Origin: an uncultured Gemmatimonadaceae bacterium | Lineage (GTDB): Bacteria > Gemmatimonadota > Gemmatimonadetes > Gemmatimonadales > Gemmatimonadaceae | DNA length: 64,000 nt | Assembly: GCA_963843845.1 (NCBI GenBank) | Contig: CAWJMB010000002.1 | Span: forward strand, 2,304,001-2,368,000 | Reading direction: 5' to 3' | Part shown: piece after piece, positions 30,573-40,950 of the stretch | Numbering within the stretch: position 1 is the first letter of the stretch | Layout: each line of letters begins with the position of its first letter | The notes under the pieces: model-generated | Seen by the model: only the letters and a program-made list of their open reading frames with translations | Database searches by the model: none | Told to the model about the DNA's origin: nothing | Position numbers and translations under genes: made by a program

Positions 30573-30950
30573 TCAGACCCTCCGCCGCTTCGGCGGCCGA
30601 CAACCATTGTGCGGAATCGGCGTCACGTCCTTGATCGACTTCACGGTGAGGCCCGCCGCGGCGAGCGCCTGGATCGCGCTCTCGCGTCCCGAGCCCGGCC
30701 CCTGCACGCGGACGTGCACGCGACGCACGCCGAGCGTCATCGCTTCCTTCGCGCACTGCTCGGAGGCAACCGTCGCCGCGAACGGCGTCGACTTCTTCGA
30801 CCCCTTGAAGCCCGCCTTCCCCGCCGAACCCCACGAGAGCGTGTTGCCGCGGGTGTCGGTGATCGTGATCGTCGTGTTGTTGAACGTCGCGCTCACGTGC
30901 GCGACGCCCTCGGCCTCGACGATCTTCTTCGTTTTCTTGGCAGTAGGCAT
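30573..30950 (-). CDS. rpsK: 30S ribosomal protein S11
   Basis: [30 protein letters not shown]. Confidence 0.98.
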   Translation of the reverse strand: MPTAKKTKKIVEAEGVAHVSATFNNTTITITDTRGNTLSWGSAGKAGFKGSKKSTPFAATVASEQCAKEAMTLGVRRVHVRVQGPGSGRESAIQALAAAGLTVKSIKDVTPIPHNGCRPPKRRRV

Positions 30951-31328
30951 TTACTTGGTCACCTTCTTCTTGCCGGCGATCGCGCGGCGCGGACCCTTCT
31001 TCGTGCGCGCGTTCGTGTGCGTCCGTTGCCCGCGCACGGGGAGCCCGCGACGATGACGGATGCCACGATACGAGCCGATGTCCATCAGTCGCTTGATGTT
31101 CATCGCGACCTCGGTGCGGAGTGCGCCCTCGACCTTGTACGTGCGCTCGATCTCGGCACGCAGACGCGTCACGTCCGCGTCGCTGAGGTCGCGGACACGC
31201 TGCTCCGACTTCACGCCGGACGCGCCAAGGATCTTCTGCGCAGTGGTGCGCCCGATCCCGAAGATGTAAGTGAGCCCGATCTCGACCTTTTTGTCGCGAG
31301 GGAGATCGACGCCGGCAATACGAGCCAT
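30951..31328 (-). CDS. rpsM: 30S ribosomal protein S13
   Basis: [27 protein letters not shown]. Confidence 0.98.
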   Translation of the reverse strand: MARIAGVDLPRDKKVEIGLTYIFGIGRTTAQKILGASGVKSEQRVRDLSDADVTRLRAEIERTYKVEGALRTEVAMNIKRLMDIGSYRGIRHRRGLPVRGQRTHTNARTKKGPRRAIAGKKKVTK

Positions 31329-31329
31329 G

Positions 31330-31446
31330 TCAGCCCTGACGCTGTTTATGCTTTGGGTTGCGCTTGCAGATGATGCGAGTCACGCCGTCGCGCTTCACGA
31401 CTTTGCAATGCTCGCAGATCGGCTTCACGCTGCTGCGAACTTTCAC
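31330..31446 (-). CDS. rpmJ: 50S ribosomal protein L36 (below the ORF-track length cutoff)
   Basis: Manual translation from [41 protein letters not shown]. Confidence 0.96.
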   Translation of the reverse strand: MKVRSSVKPICEHCKVVKRDGVTRIICKRNPKHKQRQG

Positions 31447-31538
31447 AGAACGCTCCAGTCGTGTGGCGAGGGATTTTCGGCCAAGACCGTGAATTAAACC
31501 GACTTAGGTCGAGGACGCAACCCCGGCGGACCGGGCAG

Positions 31539-32240
31539 TCAGGCGATCGGCGCCCCCCGAAGCTCGGCGGCGATCGCATCGAACGCCGCCGCCGGGTCGG
31601 GCGCCGCGCTCACCGCGCGACCGAGGATGACATACGTCGCCCCCGCCTGCGCCGCCGCGGCGGGCGTGACCACCCGCGTCTGATCGTGCGCCGGCGCGCC
31701 CGCAGGGCGAATACCCGGCACGAGTGTAGCCAGCCCGCTCCCGAATCGCTCGCGAATCGCCGACGCCTCGCGGCCGCTGCAGACCACGCCGTGCAACCGG
31801 GCCGCGAAGGCGCCCGCGGCAAGGTCCAGCACGTCGTCGACGGTCGCGGCGACCGAGGTCAGCGCCGTCACGCCGAGGATGGCGCAACGCGCCTCCTCGC
31901 CAGCGTCGGCCGCCGCGCGGAGCATGGCCTCGCCTCCGCCCGCGTGGACGGTGAGGAGTCGGACATCGAGGCGCGCGGCGCTACGCACGGCACCCGCCAC
32001 GGTGTTCGGGATGTCGTGCAGTTTGAGGTCGAGGAAGACGTCAGCTCCACGATCCCGCAGTCGCCGCACGATCGGCGGGCCCTCCGCGACGAACAGCTCG
32101 AGCCCGACTTTGTAGAATGCGCAACGCCCGCCGAGCCGCTCGACGAGCGCGAGCGCCTCGTCGCCCGTCGGGTAGTCGAGTGCGACGATCGGCGTGGGCG
32201 TCGTCGTCGCGAGACTCGCCGCCGGCGTCGGATCCGTCAC
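31539..32240 (-). CDS. pyrF: Orotidine-5'-phosphate decarboxylase
   Basis: IVALD, KVG, DLKLHDIPNTV, PGIR, GR motifs at the 3' end of the chimeric ORF 31539-34574. Confidence 0.95.
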   Translation of the reverse strand: MTDPTPAASLATTTPTPIVALDYPTGDEALALVERLGGRCAFYKVGLELFVAEGPPIVRRLRDRGADVFLDLKLHDIPNTVAGAVRSAARLDVRLLTVHAGGGEAMLRAAADAGEEARCAILGVTALTSVAATVDDVLDLAAGAFAARLHGVVCSGREASAIRERFGSGLATLVPGIRPAGAPAHDQTRVVTPAAAAQAGATYVILGRAVSAAPDPAAAFDAIAAELRGAPIA

Positions 32241-33221
32241 GCGGGCCACTCGAGGGTGCCGACGACGTCGCTCAGCCGGCGGACGCCCTCGCGCTCGCAC
32301 CACGCCGCGAGCCCGCGCGCGATGCGTTCGGGCGTTCTCGGATCCTGCATCGCCGCCGTCCCGACCCCCACGAGCGTCGCGCCCGCGACGAGATACTGCA
32401 GCGCATCGTAGGCGCTGCGGACGCCCCCGAGCCCGATGATCGGCAGGCGTACCGCTCGCGACACGCGCCACGTCGCGAGCACCCCCGCCGGGAGCACGCC
32501 GGCGCCGCTCACGCCGCCGGATCCGAAGCCGAGCGCCGGCCGGCGGCGTGCGACGTCGACGACGAGCCCGGGGATCGTGTTCACGAGCGTGAGGCCGTCC
32601 GCGCCGCCGTCCGCCGCCACCTGCGCGGCCATCGCGATGTTCGGGCAACGTCGGCGACAGCTTCACGAACAGCGGGCGCCGCGTCGCGCCGCGCGCACTG
32701 CCGACGACGGCGGCGAGCGCCGTCGCGTCGGCGCCGAACTCGAGACCGCCTGCCTTGGTGTTCGGGCAGCTCACGTTCAGCTCGAAGCCGTCGACACCCG
32801 GTTCGCCGTCGAGACGCTCGACGACCGTCGGAAACTCGTCGACGGTGAAGCCGACGACGTTCACGAGCACGCGCGGTTTCGTCAGGTTCGCCGCGAGCCA
32901 CGGCAGGTGCTCGCGGGCGACGGCCTCCATCCCCGGGTTGGCGAGACCAACGGCGTTGATCATCCCGCCTGGGAACTCCGCGACGCGCGGCGCCGCCGCT
33001 CCCGCACGCGGCTGCACGCTGACCGCCTTCGTGACGATGCCGCCGAGCCGACCGAGGTCGATGACGCGCGCGAGCTCATGGCCGTAGCCGGCCGTTCCGC
33101 TCGCCAGCACCACCGGATTCTGAAACGTGAGCCCGGCCGCGCGGGTGCCTAACGGCCCGCCGGCCGCGTCGGGCGACCGCTCTGGCACCCGCGCCGCGGC
33201 ACGCTCGGCGACGGCGCTCAT
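32237..33221 (-). CDS. pyrD: Dihydroorotate dehydrogenase (family 1; frameshift near 32645)
   Basis: NPVVLASGT, NAVGLANPG, ELNVSCPN, KLSP, then GGVSG and IIGLGGV in the second frame. Confidence 0.92.
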
Positions 33222-34574
33222 GGCGTCACGGCGGGCGAGCGTTGCGATGCGACGCCGACGCGGTCCGAACGCTCCAGATACGCGACCGCGGCGTCCGCGA
33301 TCGCCGCCGCGATGGTCCGCTGGCCCCGCTCGCTCGCGAGATAGCTCGCCTCGGCGGCGTTGGTGCCGTAGCCGACCTCGACGAGCACCGCGGGCATCGA
33401 GGCGGTCACGAGCACCTTGAATCCGGCCTGCTTGACTCCGCGGCTCGGCCCCGGGTGCGCGCCGATGAGCTGCCGCTGCACGATCGTCGCGAGCCGACTG
33501 GACTCGCGCAGGTGCTCGTTCTGCGCCATGTCGCTGAGGATGAAACCCAGCGGATCGCTCGAGGCGCTCGGCGCGTCGGTCTCGAACTGGAGGGATTCGT
33601 TCTCGCGCGCGGCCACGCGACGCGCGTCCTCGCTCTTCGCGTCGGCGAGAAAGTACGTCTCGAAGCCGCGCGTGCCTGCGGCATCCTTCCACGCCGGGTT
33701 TGCCGCGTTGACGTGGATGGAGATGAAGAGCGTCGCCGCGCTGCTCGTTCGCGATGCGGCCGCGATCGGCCAGCGCGACCAGCGTGTCGCGCGTGCGCGT
33801 CATGACGACGGTCGCGCCGCGCGTCCGCAGCGCCGCTCGCAGTTGCAGCGCGATGCCGAGCGTCACGTCCTTCTCCAGCATCGTCGGACCGCCGCCGATC
33901 GGACCGTGCATACCGCCGTCGCGCCCGCCGTGCCCCGCGTCGATGACGACGACGCGGGCGCCTCGACGAGCGCCGAGGGTGCGCGGTGCGGCGATAGGCG
34001 GCGTCGGAGCCGCAGGCGCGGACCGCGGTGGGGTCGTGCCCGCGTCACGGGGAGGCGCGGCGCTGCGGCGAACGGCCGCCGGGGGTGCCCGCGTCACGAG
34101 TGTGAACGTCCGCAGCTCACCTCGCTCCGGGTCGTACAGCAACCCCTGTCCGAGTCGGGGGAGCACGTCCGTGACGAGCTGCTCCGGGACCATCAGCTCG
34201 CCCCCGTCGCGCTCAGGTGCGGCGAGCAGCGGAAACGACTCGCTGTCCGCCTGCGCGAACGGCGCACCCGCCGTCAGCATGACGGTTCTGTTCCCGACAC
34301 GCATCTGTACGCGGTCGGCGACTCCGCGCACCGACTCGACGCGCGATCCGAGCGCGCGCGCGAGCTGCGACACGCGAACGGTCCGCGCCCCAGGGGTCGC
34401 CTCGAACACGGAGATCGCCTCGGCCGCAGTCGACGACGTCCGAACGACGATGCGCCGCGGCTGCGAGTCTTGCGGCTGCGAGTCCTGCGGCTGCGAGCCC
34501 GGCGAGACAGGCGGCGCTGGAGGCTGAGCTGCCGCCTGCGCCACGGCCAGCAGGAGCGCCGCGACGCCGATCAC
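33218..34574 (-). CDS. N-acetylmuramoyl-L-alanine amidase (Amidase_3; frameshift near 33735)
   Basis: Signal peptide; VVIDAGHGG, EKDVTL, TR..D..L..R; second frame ARENES, VKQAGFKVL, PAVLVEVGY. Confidence 0.9.
34459..34497. repeat. 15-bp-period tandem repeat encoding SQPQD in the amidase linker
   Basis: ggctgcgagtc[t/c]tgc repeated about 2.6 times. Confidence 0.75.
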
Positions 34575-35051
34575 CGCGCCCGCGCCACCCGCGCCATCTC
34601 GCGCTCGTCGTCGCGTCGGCGCAAGTCGTCGCGCTTGTCGTGCAGCTTCTTACCCTTCCCGAGGGCGAGCGTGACCTTCACCTTGCCGTTCGTGAAATGC
34701 AGGTCGAGCGGTATCAGCGTCAGCCCTTCCCGCTCGACGGCGCCGATGAGGCGGCGGATCTCGCGCTTGTGCATGCAGCAGCTTCCGCGTGCGCGTCGGC
34801 TCATGGTTGAAGACGTTGCCCTGCTCGTACTGACCGATGTGCAGATTCAGCAGGAACGCTTCACCGTCGCGGACGTGGCCGTACGCGTCGGTCAACGTCG
34901 CCTTCCCCTGGCGAAGTGCCTTCACCTCCGTACCCGTGAGCATCACCCCGGCTTCCCAGCTCTCGAGGATGTGGTAGTCGTGGCGGGCGCGCTTGTTCCG
35001 CGCGATGACGCCTTCCTGCTCCGACTCCTTGCCGGCACCGGACTTCGTCAT
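34571..35051 (-). CDS. smpB: SsrA-binding protein (frameshift near 34775)
   Basis: [26 protein letters not shown] / [15 protein letters not shown]. Confidence 0.95.
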
Positions 35052-35139
35052 CGCGCGCGCTCTCGAGTACGATCGGCCGCGGCGCGCGGCAACACACGGA
35101 ACGTTGTCACAGCACGCAACTTAACACGCCGGGTCGCCG

Positions 35140-35168
35140 TTGACTGACTCTCGCGACGCCGCTACTCT
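35140..35168 (+). promoter_or_regulatory. Sigma70-like promoter of the tRNA
   Basis: TTGACT-N17-TACTCT, 32 nt upstream of the tRNA. Confidence 0.65.
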
Positions 35169-35200
35169 AGTTCTTCTGCGGCGCTGTCAGCGGCGCGTGC

Positions 35201-35284
35201 GCTCGGGTGGTGGAACTGGTAGACACGCAGGTCTCAGAAGCCTGTGTCGGCGACGACGTGGGGGTTCAAGTCCCCCCTCGAGCA
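35201..35284 (+). tRNA. tRNA-Leu(CAG); CCA not encoded
   Basis: Acceptor stem GCTCGGG/CTCGAGC, D-loop TGGTAGAC, anticodon arm CAGGT-CTCAGAA-GCCTG, long variable arm, T arm GGGGG-TTCAAGT-CCCCC, discriminator A. Confidence 0.93.
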
Positions 35285-35347
35285 CTTGCAAGCTGCACCG
35301 GCCAAGGACGTCCGCGGGCGCGACTGATCGTCAGTCGCGCCCGCGCT

Positions 35348-35869
35348 CTATTCGGAGAGCGGTGGCGTGCCGAACGCGTGAGCGAGCGCCGTGCTCACGT
35401 CCGACAGCACTCGCGCCATCAGCGTCGCGGCGTGATCGAGGTGCTCGGGGCGTGGGCGGATGGTTCCGGTGAACGCGAGGAGGATACGCGCCACCCGTGC
35501 CGACGCCGACTCCGCGCCGCGCGACGTGAGTGCGTCGCGGTACGCGGCGAGCCGTTCGTTGAACTGCCGCTCGGCGAGCGGCAGCATGCCCACGGCGATG
35601 TGCGGATCGCGTGCGAGGTCGTCGCTCAGCGCGTGCGCGACGAGCGACGGCGTGCGATCGTCGAGCGCGTCACGTTGCGCGACGAGGAGGCCGAGCGCTC
35701 GGCGGGCGTAGCGCCACTCCCACCGCGCATGGTCCGCATCGCCGCCGCCGGCCGTGTCGGCGAGCCATCGCACGTCCGCGTCGGGCGGCTCGACATACAG
35801 CGTGTGAACGAAGCTCGCCGTCTGCTGCCGCAGGTCTGGCGCCGATGACCGGGTACCGAACAGCGCCAC
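35348..35869 (-). CDS. Hypothetical protein
   Basis: 173-aa ORF with natural amino-acid composition, downstream of the Rrf2 gene. Confidence 0.65.
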   Translation of the reverse strand: MALFGTRSSAPDLRQQTASFVHTLYVEPPDADVRWLADTAGGGDADHARWEWRYARRALGLLVAQRDALDDRTPSLVAHALSDDLARDPHIAVGMLPLAERQFNERLAAYRDALTSRGAESASARVARILLAFTGTIRPRPEHLDHAATLMARVLSDVSTALAHAFGTPPLSE

Positions 35870-35887
35870 GCTGCGCGACGCCGGCGG

Positions 35888-36407
35888 TCAGCCCTGAAGG
35901 ATCGGGAGGCGCCGCGCGTCGACGTCGTCGAGCACGTCGACGATGCGAGGCGTCTCGCGCCGCTCCGGCAACCCGACACGCGCACGTACCGTGCTCTCTT
36001 CGGCGAGGAGATCACACAGTCGAACGCTCTCGAGCACCTCGTCGATACGTTGCTGGAGCATCTGCCACACCGGACGGATGCTGCAGTCGTGCGACGTGGA
36101 GCACCGCTCCTCGTGGACGGGGTGCGTGAGGCAGTGCAGCTCGAAGGTCGCCAGCTCGGATGCCTGGATCACCTCGCGAACCGTGATCGCCTCCGGCGCG
36201 CGGTCGAGGACGTACCCCCCGCGCGCGCCACGCGTGCTCCGGATGATCCCGGCGCGCCGAAGGCGAAGCAGGATCTGCTCGACGTAGTCCGCCGGGTAGC
36301 CGTTCCTTCGCCGCGACGTCGCGCCCGGTGACCGGCCCTTCGTCGCGACGCCGCGCCAGATGCAGCGCGCAGATCAGGCCGTATTCGGCCCATGTGGTGA
36401 TTCGCAC
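35888..36407 (-). CDS. Rrf2-family transcriptional regulator (frameshift near 36295)
   Basis: MRITTWAEYGL...; the alternate frame gives YVEQILLRLRRAGIIRSTRGARGGY and three Cys residues (C..C..C). Confidence 0.88.
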
Positions 36408-36458
36408 GAAGGGAAGCTAGCGCCGTCGCCGAACGCACTCAATGCGCCCAGCCGCTCG

Positions 36459-37886
36459 TCAGCCGCCGGCGACCATGGCGTGCGCGCCGCCGGGCACGCC
36501 GATCTCGGTCATCTTGCGCAGGTCGAGCACGTCGTCGATCTGCTCGTCGGGGAGGAGCTGGTCGCGCTTCACCATCTCGCGGATGAGCACGCCTTCCTTC
36601 ACCGACTTCTTGCTCAGCTCTGCCGCCTTCGCGTAGCCGATGTGGGGCATGAGCGCCGTGGCCAGCGCCGCCGACCGCTCGACCCAGTAGCCGAGCATCG
36701 GCTCGTTCGCCTCGATGCCCTTGATCGTCTTCTCGGTCAGCACGGTCGCCGCGTTCGTCAGGATGAGCATCGACAGCAGGACGTTGTGCGCGATCACCGG
36801 CATCATGACGTTCAGCTCGAGTTGTCCGTGCTCGCTCGCGATGGCGACCGTCGTGTCGCATCCCATGACCTGGAAGCACACCTGGTTCACCATCTCGGGA
36901 ATCGACGGGTTGATCTTCCCTGGCATGATCGAGCTGCCGGGCTGTACGGCCGGCAGCTTGATCTCGTCGATGCCGGTGCGCGGGCCCATGACCATGAGGC
37001 GCAGATCGCTCACGATCTTGCTCATGTCGATCGCCAGCCCGCGCAGCGACGCGCTGAACGCCGCGGCGTCGCCCATGCTCTGCATGAGCTGGATGCGATC
37101 CTCGCCGATGCGAAGGTCGAGACCCGTGCTCTCGCGCAGATACTTGTTCATCAGCGCGGGATATTCCTTCTCCACCGTGACGCCGGTGCCCACGGCGCTG
37201 CCGCCGATGCCGAGGTCGCGGAGGTAGTCGGCAGCCTCCCTCACCCGGCGCAGCGCGCGGTCCATCGACCCCGCATACGCCGTGAACTCCTGGCCGAGCC
37301 GGATGGGCATCGCGTCTTGGAGGTGCGTGCGCCCCGCCTTCACGATGTGGTCGAACTCGCGTCCCTTCGCCGCCAGCGCGTCGCGCAGCCCTTCGAACGC
37401 CGCGACGAGCGCCGGCAGCTGCGAGAGTGCGGCGAGCCGGATGTTCGTGGGGATCGTGTCGTTCGTGGACTGCGCCATGTTGACGTGATCGTTCGGGTGC
37501 ACCGGCGCGTACTCGCCGCGCCTGCCCCCCAACAGCTCGTTCGCGCGGTTCGCGAGGACCTCGTTCACGTTCATGTTGTGCGAGGTCCCGGCGCCCGCCT
37601 GGTACGGGTCGACGACGAAGTGCTCGTCGTGCTGGTGCGCGAGTACCTCGTCCGCGGCGGCGACGATCGCGTCGGCCGCCTTGGCCTCCAGGCGCCCGGT
37701 TTCCTTGTGCGTCAGCGCCGCGGCGCGCTTGATCCAGACCTGCGCCTGCACGAACGGCCAGAGGGGCTTGAGGCCGCTGATCGGGAAGTTCTGGCGCGCA
37801 CGCAGCGTCTGTACGCCGTAGAGGGCGTCGGCGGGGACCTGGAGCTCGCCGAGGGGGTCTTTTTCGGTGCGGAAGGCGTCGGACAT
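36459..37886 (-). CDS. aspA: Aspartate ammonia-lyase / class II fumarase
   Basis: GSSIMPGKINP, HPNDHVNMAQSTND, GRTHLQDA, GQLELNVMMP; aspA versus fumC cannot be settled from motifs alone. Confidence 0.85.
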   Translation of the reverse strand: MSDAFRTEKDPLGELQVPADALYGVQTLRARQNFPISGLKPLWPFVQAQVWIKRAAALTHKETGRLEAKAADAIVAAADEVLAHQHDEHFVVDPYQAGAGTSHNMNVNEVLANRANELLGGRRGEYAPVHPNDHVNMAQSTNDTIPTNIRLAALSQLPALVAAFEGLRDALAAKGREFDHIVKAGRTHLQDAMPIRLGQEFTAYAGSMDRALRRVREAADYLRDLGIGGSAVGTGVTVEKEYPALMNKYLRESTGLDLRIGEDRIQLMQSMGDAAAFSASLRGLAIDMSKIVSDLRLMVMGPRTGIDEIKLPAVQPGSSIMPGKINPSIPEMVNQVCFQVMGCDTTVAIASEHGQLELNVMMPVIAHNVLLSMLILTNAATVLTEKTIKGIEANEPMLGYWVERSAALATALMPHIGYAKAAELSKKSVKEGVLIREMVKRDQLLPDEQIDDVLDLRKMTEIGVPGGAHAMVAGG

Positions 37887-37969
37887 TGTGAGATCGTTAG
37901 GCGGTTCGTCGTGCGTGCGGCTCGAGTGGTCTCACTCTACGTGCTTCGCCGCGATCGGGACGCCGAGGT

Positions 37970-38449
37970 TCACCGGCGGCGAGCGGCGAGGATGGTCAGT
38001 ACGAGTGTCGCGCCGGCGGCGAGCATCCCTGCTCCCATCCACGCGACGCTGATCCCGTGAAGCCGGCCGAACGCGGCACGGCGAGGATCGTCGGTCGCCA
38101 GCGCCTCGATGCTCGGCCCCATCTCGGCGCGAAGCGCCGCGATGCGGGGGCCGATGACGAACTGTGCGATGAGGCAGGCGATCGCGGCGACGATCGGAAG
38201 TGCGACGCGGGTGCGGGGGAACGGCGCGCCGTCGTGCCACGCGAGCAGTGCCGCGCCGATCCCCACGAGGATGCCGCCGATGAAGATCGGCGGGAGCACC
38301 CGACCCACGAGCAGGCCGGCGAGCGCGCGCGTCGGCAGCACCGCGAAGGCAGCCGGTGCGACCGCGCCCGCCATGAGCAGCGCCGCGCCGACCCAGAGCG
38401 CGAGCAGCGCGGCCGCACTCGCGAGGCGCACGAACGCGATCTCGGTCAT
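37970..38449 (-). CDS. Four-TM membrane protein (DUF4149-like)
   Basis: VAPAAFAVLP..AG and FGRLHGIS patterns; ATGA overlap with the upstream gene. Confidence 0.7.
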   Translation of the reverse strand: MTEIAFVRLASAAALLALWVGAALLMAGAVAPAAFAVLPTRALAGLLVGRVLPPIFIGGILVGIGAALLAWHDGAPFPRTRVALPIVAAIACLIAQFVIGPRIAALRAEMGPSIEALATDDPRRAAFGRLHGISVAWMGAGMLAAGATLVLTILAARRR

Positions 38450-39126
38450 CCGCCACGCACCCGCGCGCCGCCGTTGAGAAACGGGTTCGAGCGCAACTCG
38501 TCGCCGATGGTCGTCGCGGGACCGTGACCGGGATGGACGATCGTTTCGCGCGGCAGCGTGGCGATGCGCTCGAGCGACCGACTGAACGTCTTCGGGTCGC
38601 CGAGCGGAAGGTCGGTGCGGCCGACCGAGCCGCGGAAGAGGACGTCCCCGCCCAGGGCGATCCCGTGCCCATGGAAGACGACGTGGCCGGGGGCGTGCCC
38701 CGGCAGATGCATGACCTCGAATCGCAGCTCCCCGACCCGCAGCTCCATGCCTTCGGCGAGCTCGCGATCGGGGGCCGGCTGCGCTTCCCACGGCAGCCCG
38801 TACATCGCCGCGGCGCGCGGCGCGTAGGCGTAGACCGGCGCGTCGAGCGGATGCAGATACACCGGCACATCGTGCGAGCGCTTCACGTGCGCGACCGCGC
38901 CGACGTGATCGACGTGGGCGTGGGTGAGCCAGATCGCCTCCAGCCGCGCGCCGCTCTCGCCGAGCAGCGACAGGATCCGGTCGCCCTCGTCGCCGGGGTC
39001 GACGAGGATCGCCGCGTTCGTCGCCGGATCGACGACGAGGTACGTGTTCTCCGCGAACGCGCCGACCGTGAGCCCGGTGACGAGCGGCCCGGCCGCGACG
39101 CTCGAGGGTACGACGTCAGACCGCAT
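38446..39126 (-). CDS. MBL-fold metallo-hydrolase (glyoxalase II-like)
   Basis: LTHAHVDHVG, PGHAPGH, GDVLF..SVGRTDLP, PGHG. Confidence 0.92.
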   Translation of the reverse strand: MRSDVVPSSVAAGPLVTGLTVGAFAENTYLVVDPATNAAILVDPGDEGDRILSLLGESGARLEAIWLTHAHVDHVGAVAHVKRSHDVPVYLHPLDAPVYAYAPRAAAMYGLPWEAQPAPDRELAEGMELRVGELRFEVMHLPGHAPGHVVFHGHGIALGGDVLFRGSVGRTDLPLGDPKTFSRSLERIATLPRETIVHPGHGPATTIGDELRSNPFLNGGARVRGG

Positions 39127-40144
39127 AGCCGCCCGTGCCGACCGTCATCTGCGGCTCGGCTGCGGCGGCCTCCGGGTCGCCGTGCGTGTCCTCGAGCGCC
39201 TTGAGGTACTTCTCCGCCGCGATCGCCGCGGTCGTCGCGTCGCCGACCGCCGTCGTGACCTGCCGCACGAGCTGCGAGCGCAGGTCGCCGGCGGCGAACA
39301 GTCCGGGCACCGACGTCATCATGTTCGTGTCGGTCGAGACGTAGCCCATCGAATCGTGCTCGTAGTGCACGTCGATCACCCCCGTGTTCGGCCGGAAGCC
39401 GACGAAGATGAAGACGCCGGTGACGTCGAGCGTGCTCGTCGCGCCGGTGACGGTGTCGCGCAGTCGCAGCCCGTTCACGCCCTGCGGCAGCTCCCCGGCG
39501 ATCTCGTCGACCGCCTTGTTCCAGATCACTTCGATCTTCGGATTGTCGAACAGGCGCTGCTGCAGGATCTTCGACGCGCGCAGCTCGGCGCGGCGGTGCA
39601 CGAGATACACCTTCGATGCGTAGCGCGTCAGGAAGTCCGCTTCCTCGACCGCTGCGTCGCCGCCGCCGACGACGGCGAGGACCTGATCGCGGAAGAACGC
39701 GCCGTCGCAGATGGCGCAGTAGCTGACGCCCTTGCCGGCATATTCAGTCTCGCCGGGCACGTTCAGGTAGACCGGCGTGCCGCCCGCCGTGACGATGACG
39801 GTCGGCGAGCGATAGACGTGCACCGACTCGTCGAACGTGTTCTGCGCCGTCGTCTCGAACGTGCCGTCGGCCATGCGCCGCACGTGCTTGACGTCGCGGA
39901 ACTCGTGAAACTCGCAGCCGAACTTCTTCGCGTGGCTCGCGAACTTCTCCGCGAGATCGCGGCCGAGGACGTGCTCGAATCCAGGGTAGTCTTCGATGAC
40001 TTCGGTCTTCAGCAGCTCGCCGCCCGGCTCGCCACTCTCGATGATGACGCTCTTGAGCATCGACCGGCCGGCGTACATCGCGGCCGTCATGCCGGCCGGC
40101 CCGGCGCCGACGATCACGACCTGGTAGTCATGCGTGGTTGTCAC
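39116..40144 (-). CDS. trxB: Thioredoxin reductase
   Basis: GAGPAG, GVSYCAICDG, GGGDAAVEE, VHRR, FAAGD; GTG start with a GGAG RBS. Confidence 0.95.
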   Translation of the reverse strand: MTTTHDYQVVIVGAGPAGMTAAMYAGRSMLKSVIIESGEPGGELLKTEVIEDYPGFEHVLGRDLAEKFASHAKKFGCEFHEFRDVKHVRRMADGTFETTAQNTFDESVHVYRSPTVIVTAGGTPVYLNVPGETEYAGKGVSYCAICDGAFFRDQVLAVVGGGDAAVEEADFLTRYASKVYLVHRRAELRASKILQQRLFDNPKIEVIWNKAVDEIAGELPQGVNGLRLRDTVTGATSTLDVTGVFIFVGFRPNTGVIDVHYEHDSMGYVSTDTNMMTSVPGLFAAGDLRSQLVRQVTTAVGDATTAAIAAEKYLKALEDTHGDPEAAAAEPQMTVGTGGYAV

Positions 40145-40197
40145 TGCCCTCTCCGTAGTTCGCGCCGTCGTGCGCACTCCTCTCCATCCGATGAAAT

Positions 40198-40950
40198 CTA
40201 GCGACGCACGTGTCGGCCACCGTCGACGACGACGGTCTCGCCGGTGACGTAGTCGGCCGAGAGCAGATACAGCACGGCGTCGACGACGTCGTCCGGCGCA
40301 CCGAGGCGCCGGAGCGGAGTCGTGGCGGCGAGTCGTTCCCCGCTCGAGGCGCTCCACTCGTCGGGGAGGAGGATCGCCCCCGGCGCGACGGCGTTCACCC
40401 GCACGTGTGGCGCGAGCGCGCGGGCGAGCGCGCGCGTCATCTGCACGACCCCCGCCTTCGAGATGCCGTGCGGCACGTACGCCGGCCACGTCTCGAACGC
40501 CGCGAGGTCGGCGATGTTGACGATGCAGCCGCCGCGCTCCCGCATGACGCGGGCAGCCGCCTGGGCGAGGAAGAACGGCGCACGCAGATTCAGCGCGAAC
40601 ATGGCGTCCCACTCGGCGACCGTGACCTCGCCGATCGGCGTCCTCTGCATCATCGCCGCCGAGCTCACGAGCACGTCCAGCGTCCCGAACCGATCGACCA
40701 CCCGGCCGATCAGCCGCTCGGGTGCGTCCGCCTCTCCGAGGTCCGCGTGGAACGCGTCGGCCGCGCCGCCGGCATCGCGGATCAGTCGACAGGTGTCGTC
40801 GGCGCCGTCCGCCGAGCCGTTGTAGTGCACCGCGACCGTCGCGCCGTGTCGTCCCAGCGCTACGGCGATCGCCTGGCCGAGCCGGCGGCCGGCGCCGGTG
40901 ACCAGCGCCACGCGCGAGCCGACGTCCACGACCGATTCCGAGAGCGTCAG
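40198..40950 (-). CDS. SDR oxidoreductase (pteridine reductase/FolM-like)
   Basis: VTGAGRRLG, HYNGS, NLRAPF, RVNAVAPG; start is either CTG 40950 or GTG 40929. Confidence 0.85.
   Translation of the reverse strand: MTLSESVVDVGSRVALVTGAGRRLGQAIAVALGRHGATVAVHYNGSADGADDTCRLIRDAGGAADAFHADLGEADAPERLIGRVVDRFGTLDVLVSSAAMMQRTPIGEVTVAEWDAMFALNLRAPFFLAQAAARVMRERGGCIVNIADLAAFETWPAYVPHGISKAGVVQMTRALARALAPHVRVNAVAPGAILLPDEWSASSGERLAATTPLRRLGAPDDVVDAVLYLLSADYVTGETVVVDGGRHVRR

Noticed and set aside
31539..34574. 1011-aa apparent amidase-PyrD-PyrF fusion ORF
   Set aside because: It is a chimera created by two frameshifts. Each gene has its own ATGA/GTGA overlap start and its C-terminus in another frame.
34571..35200. 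tmRNA gene next to smpB
   Set aside because: No GGGG...TCCACCA tRNA-like ends or tag reading frame are visible in the short spacer.
35221..35250. Reading the tRNA anticodon as TCA (selenocysteine or suppressor)
   Set aside because: The 5-bp stem CAGGT/GCCTG centres the loop on CAG, and the 7-bp acceptor stem and D-arm fit tRNA-Leu.
35201..35900. tRNA-Leu as an integration site for an island
   Set aside because: No integrase, no visible duplicated tRNA 3' end and no compositional shift nearby.
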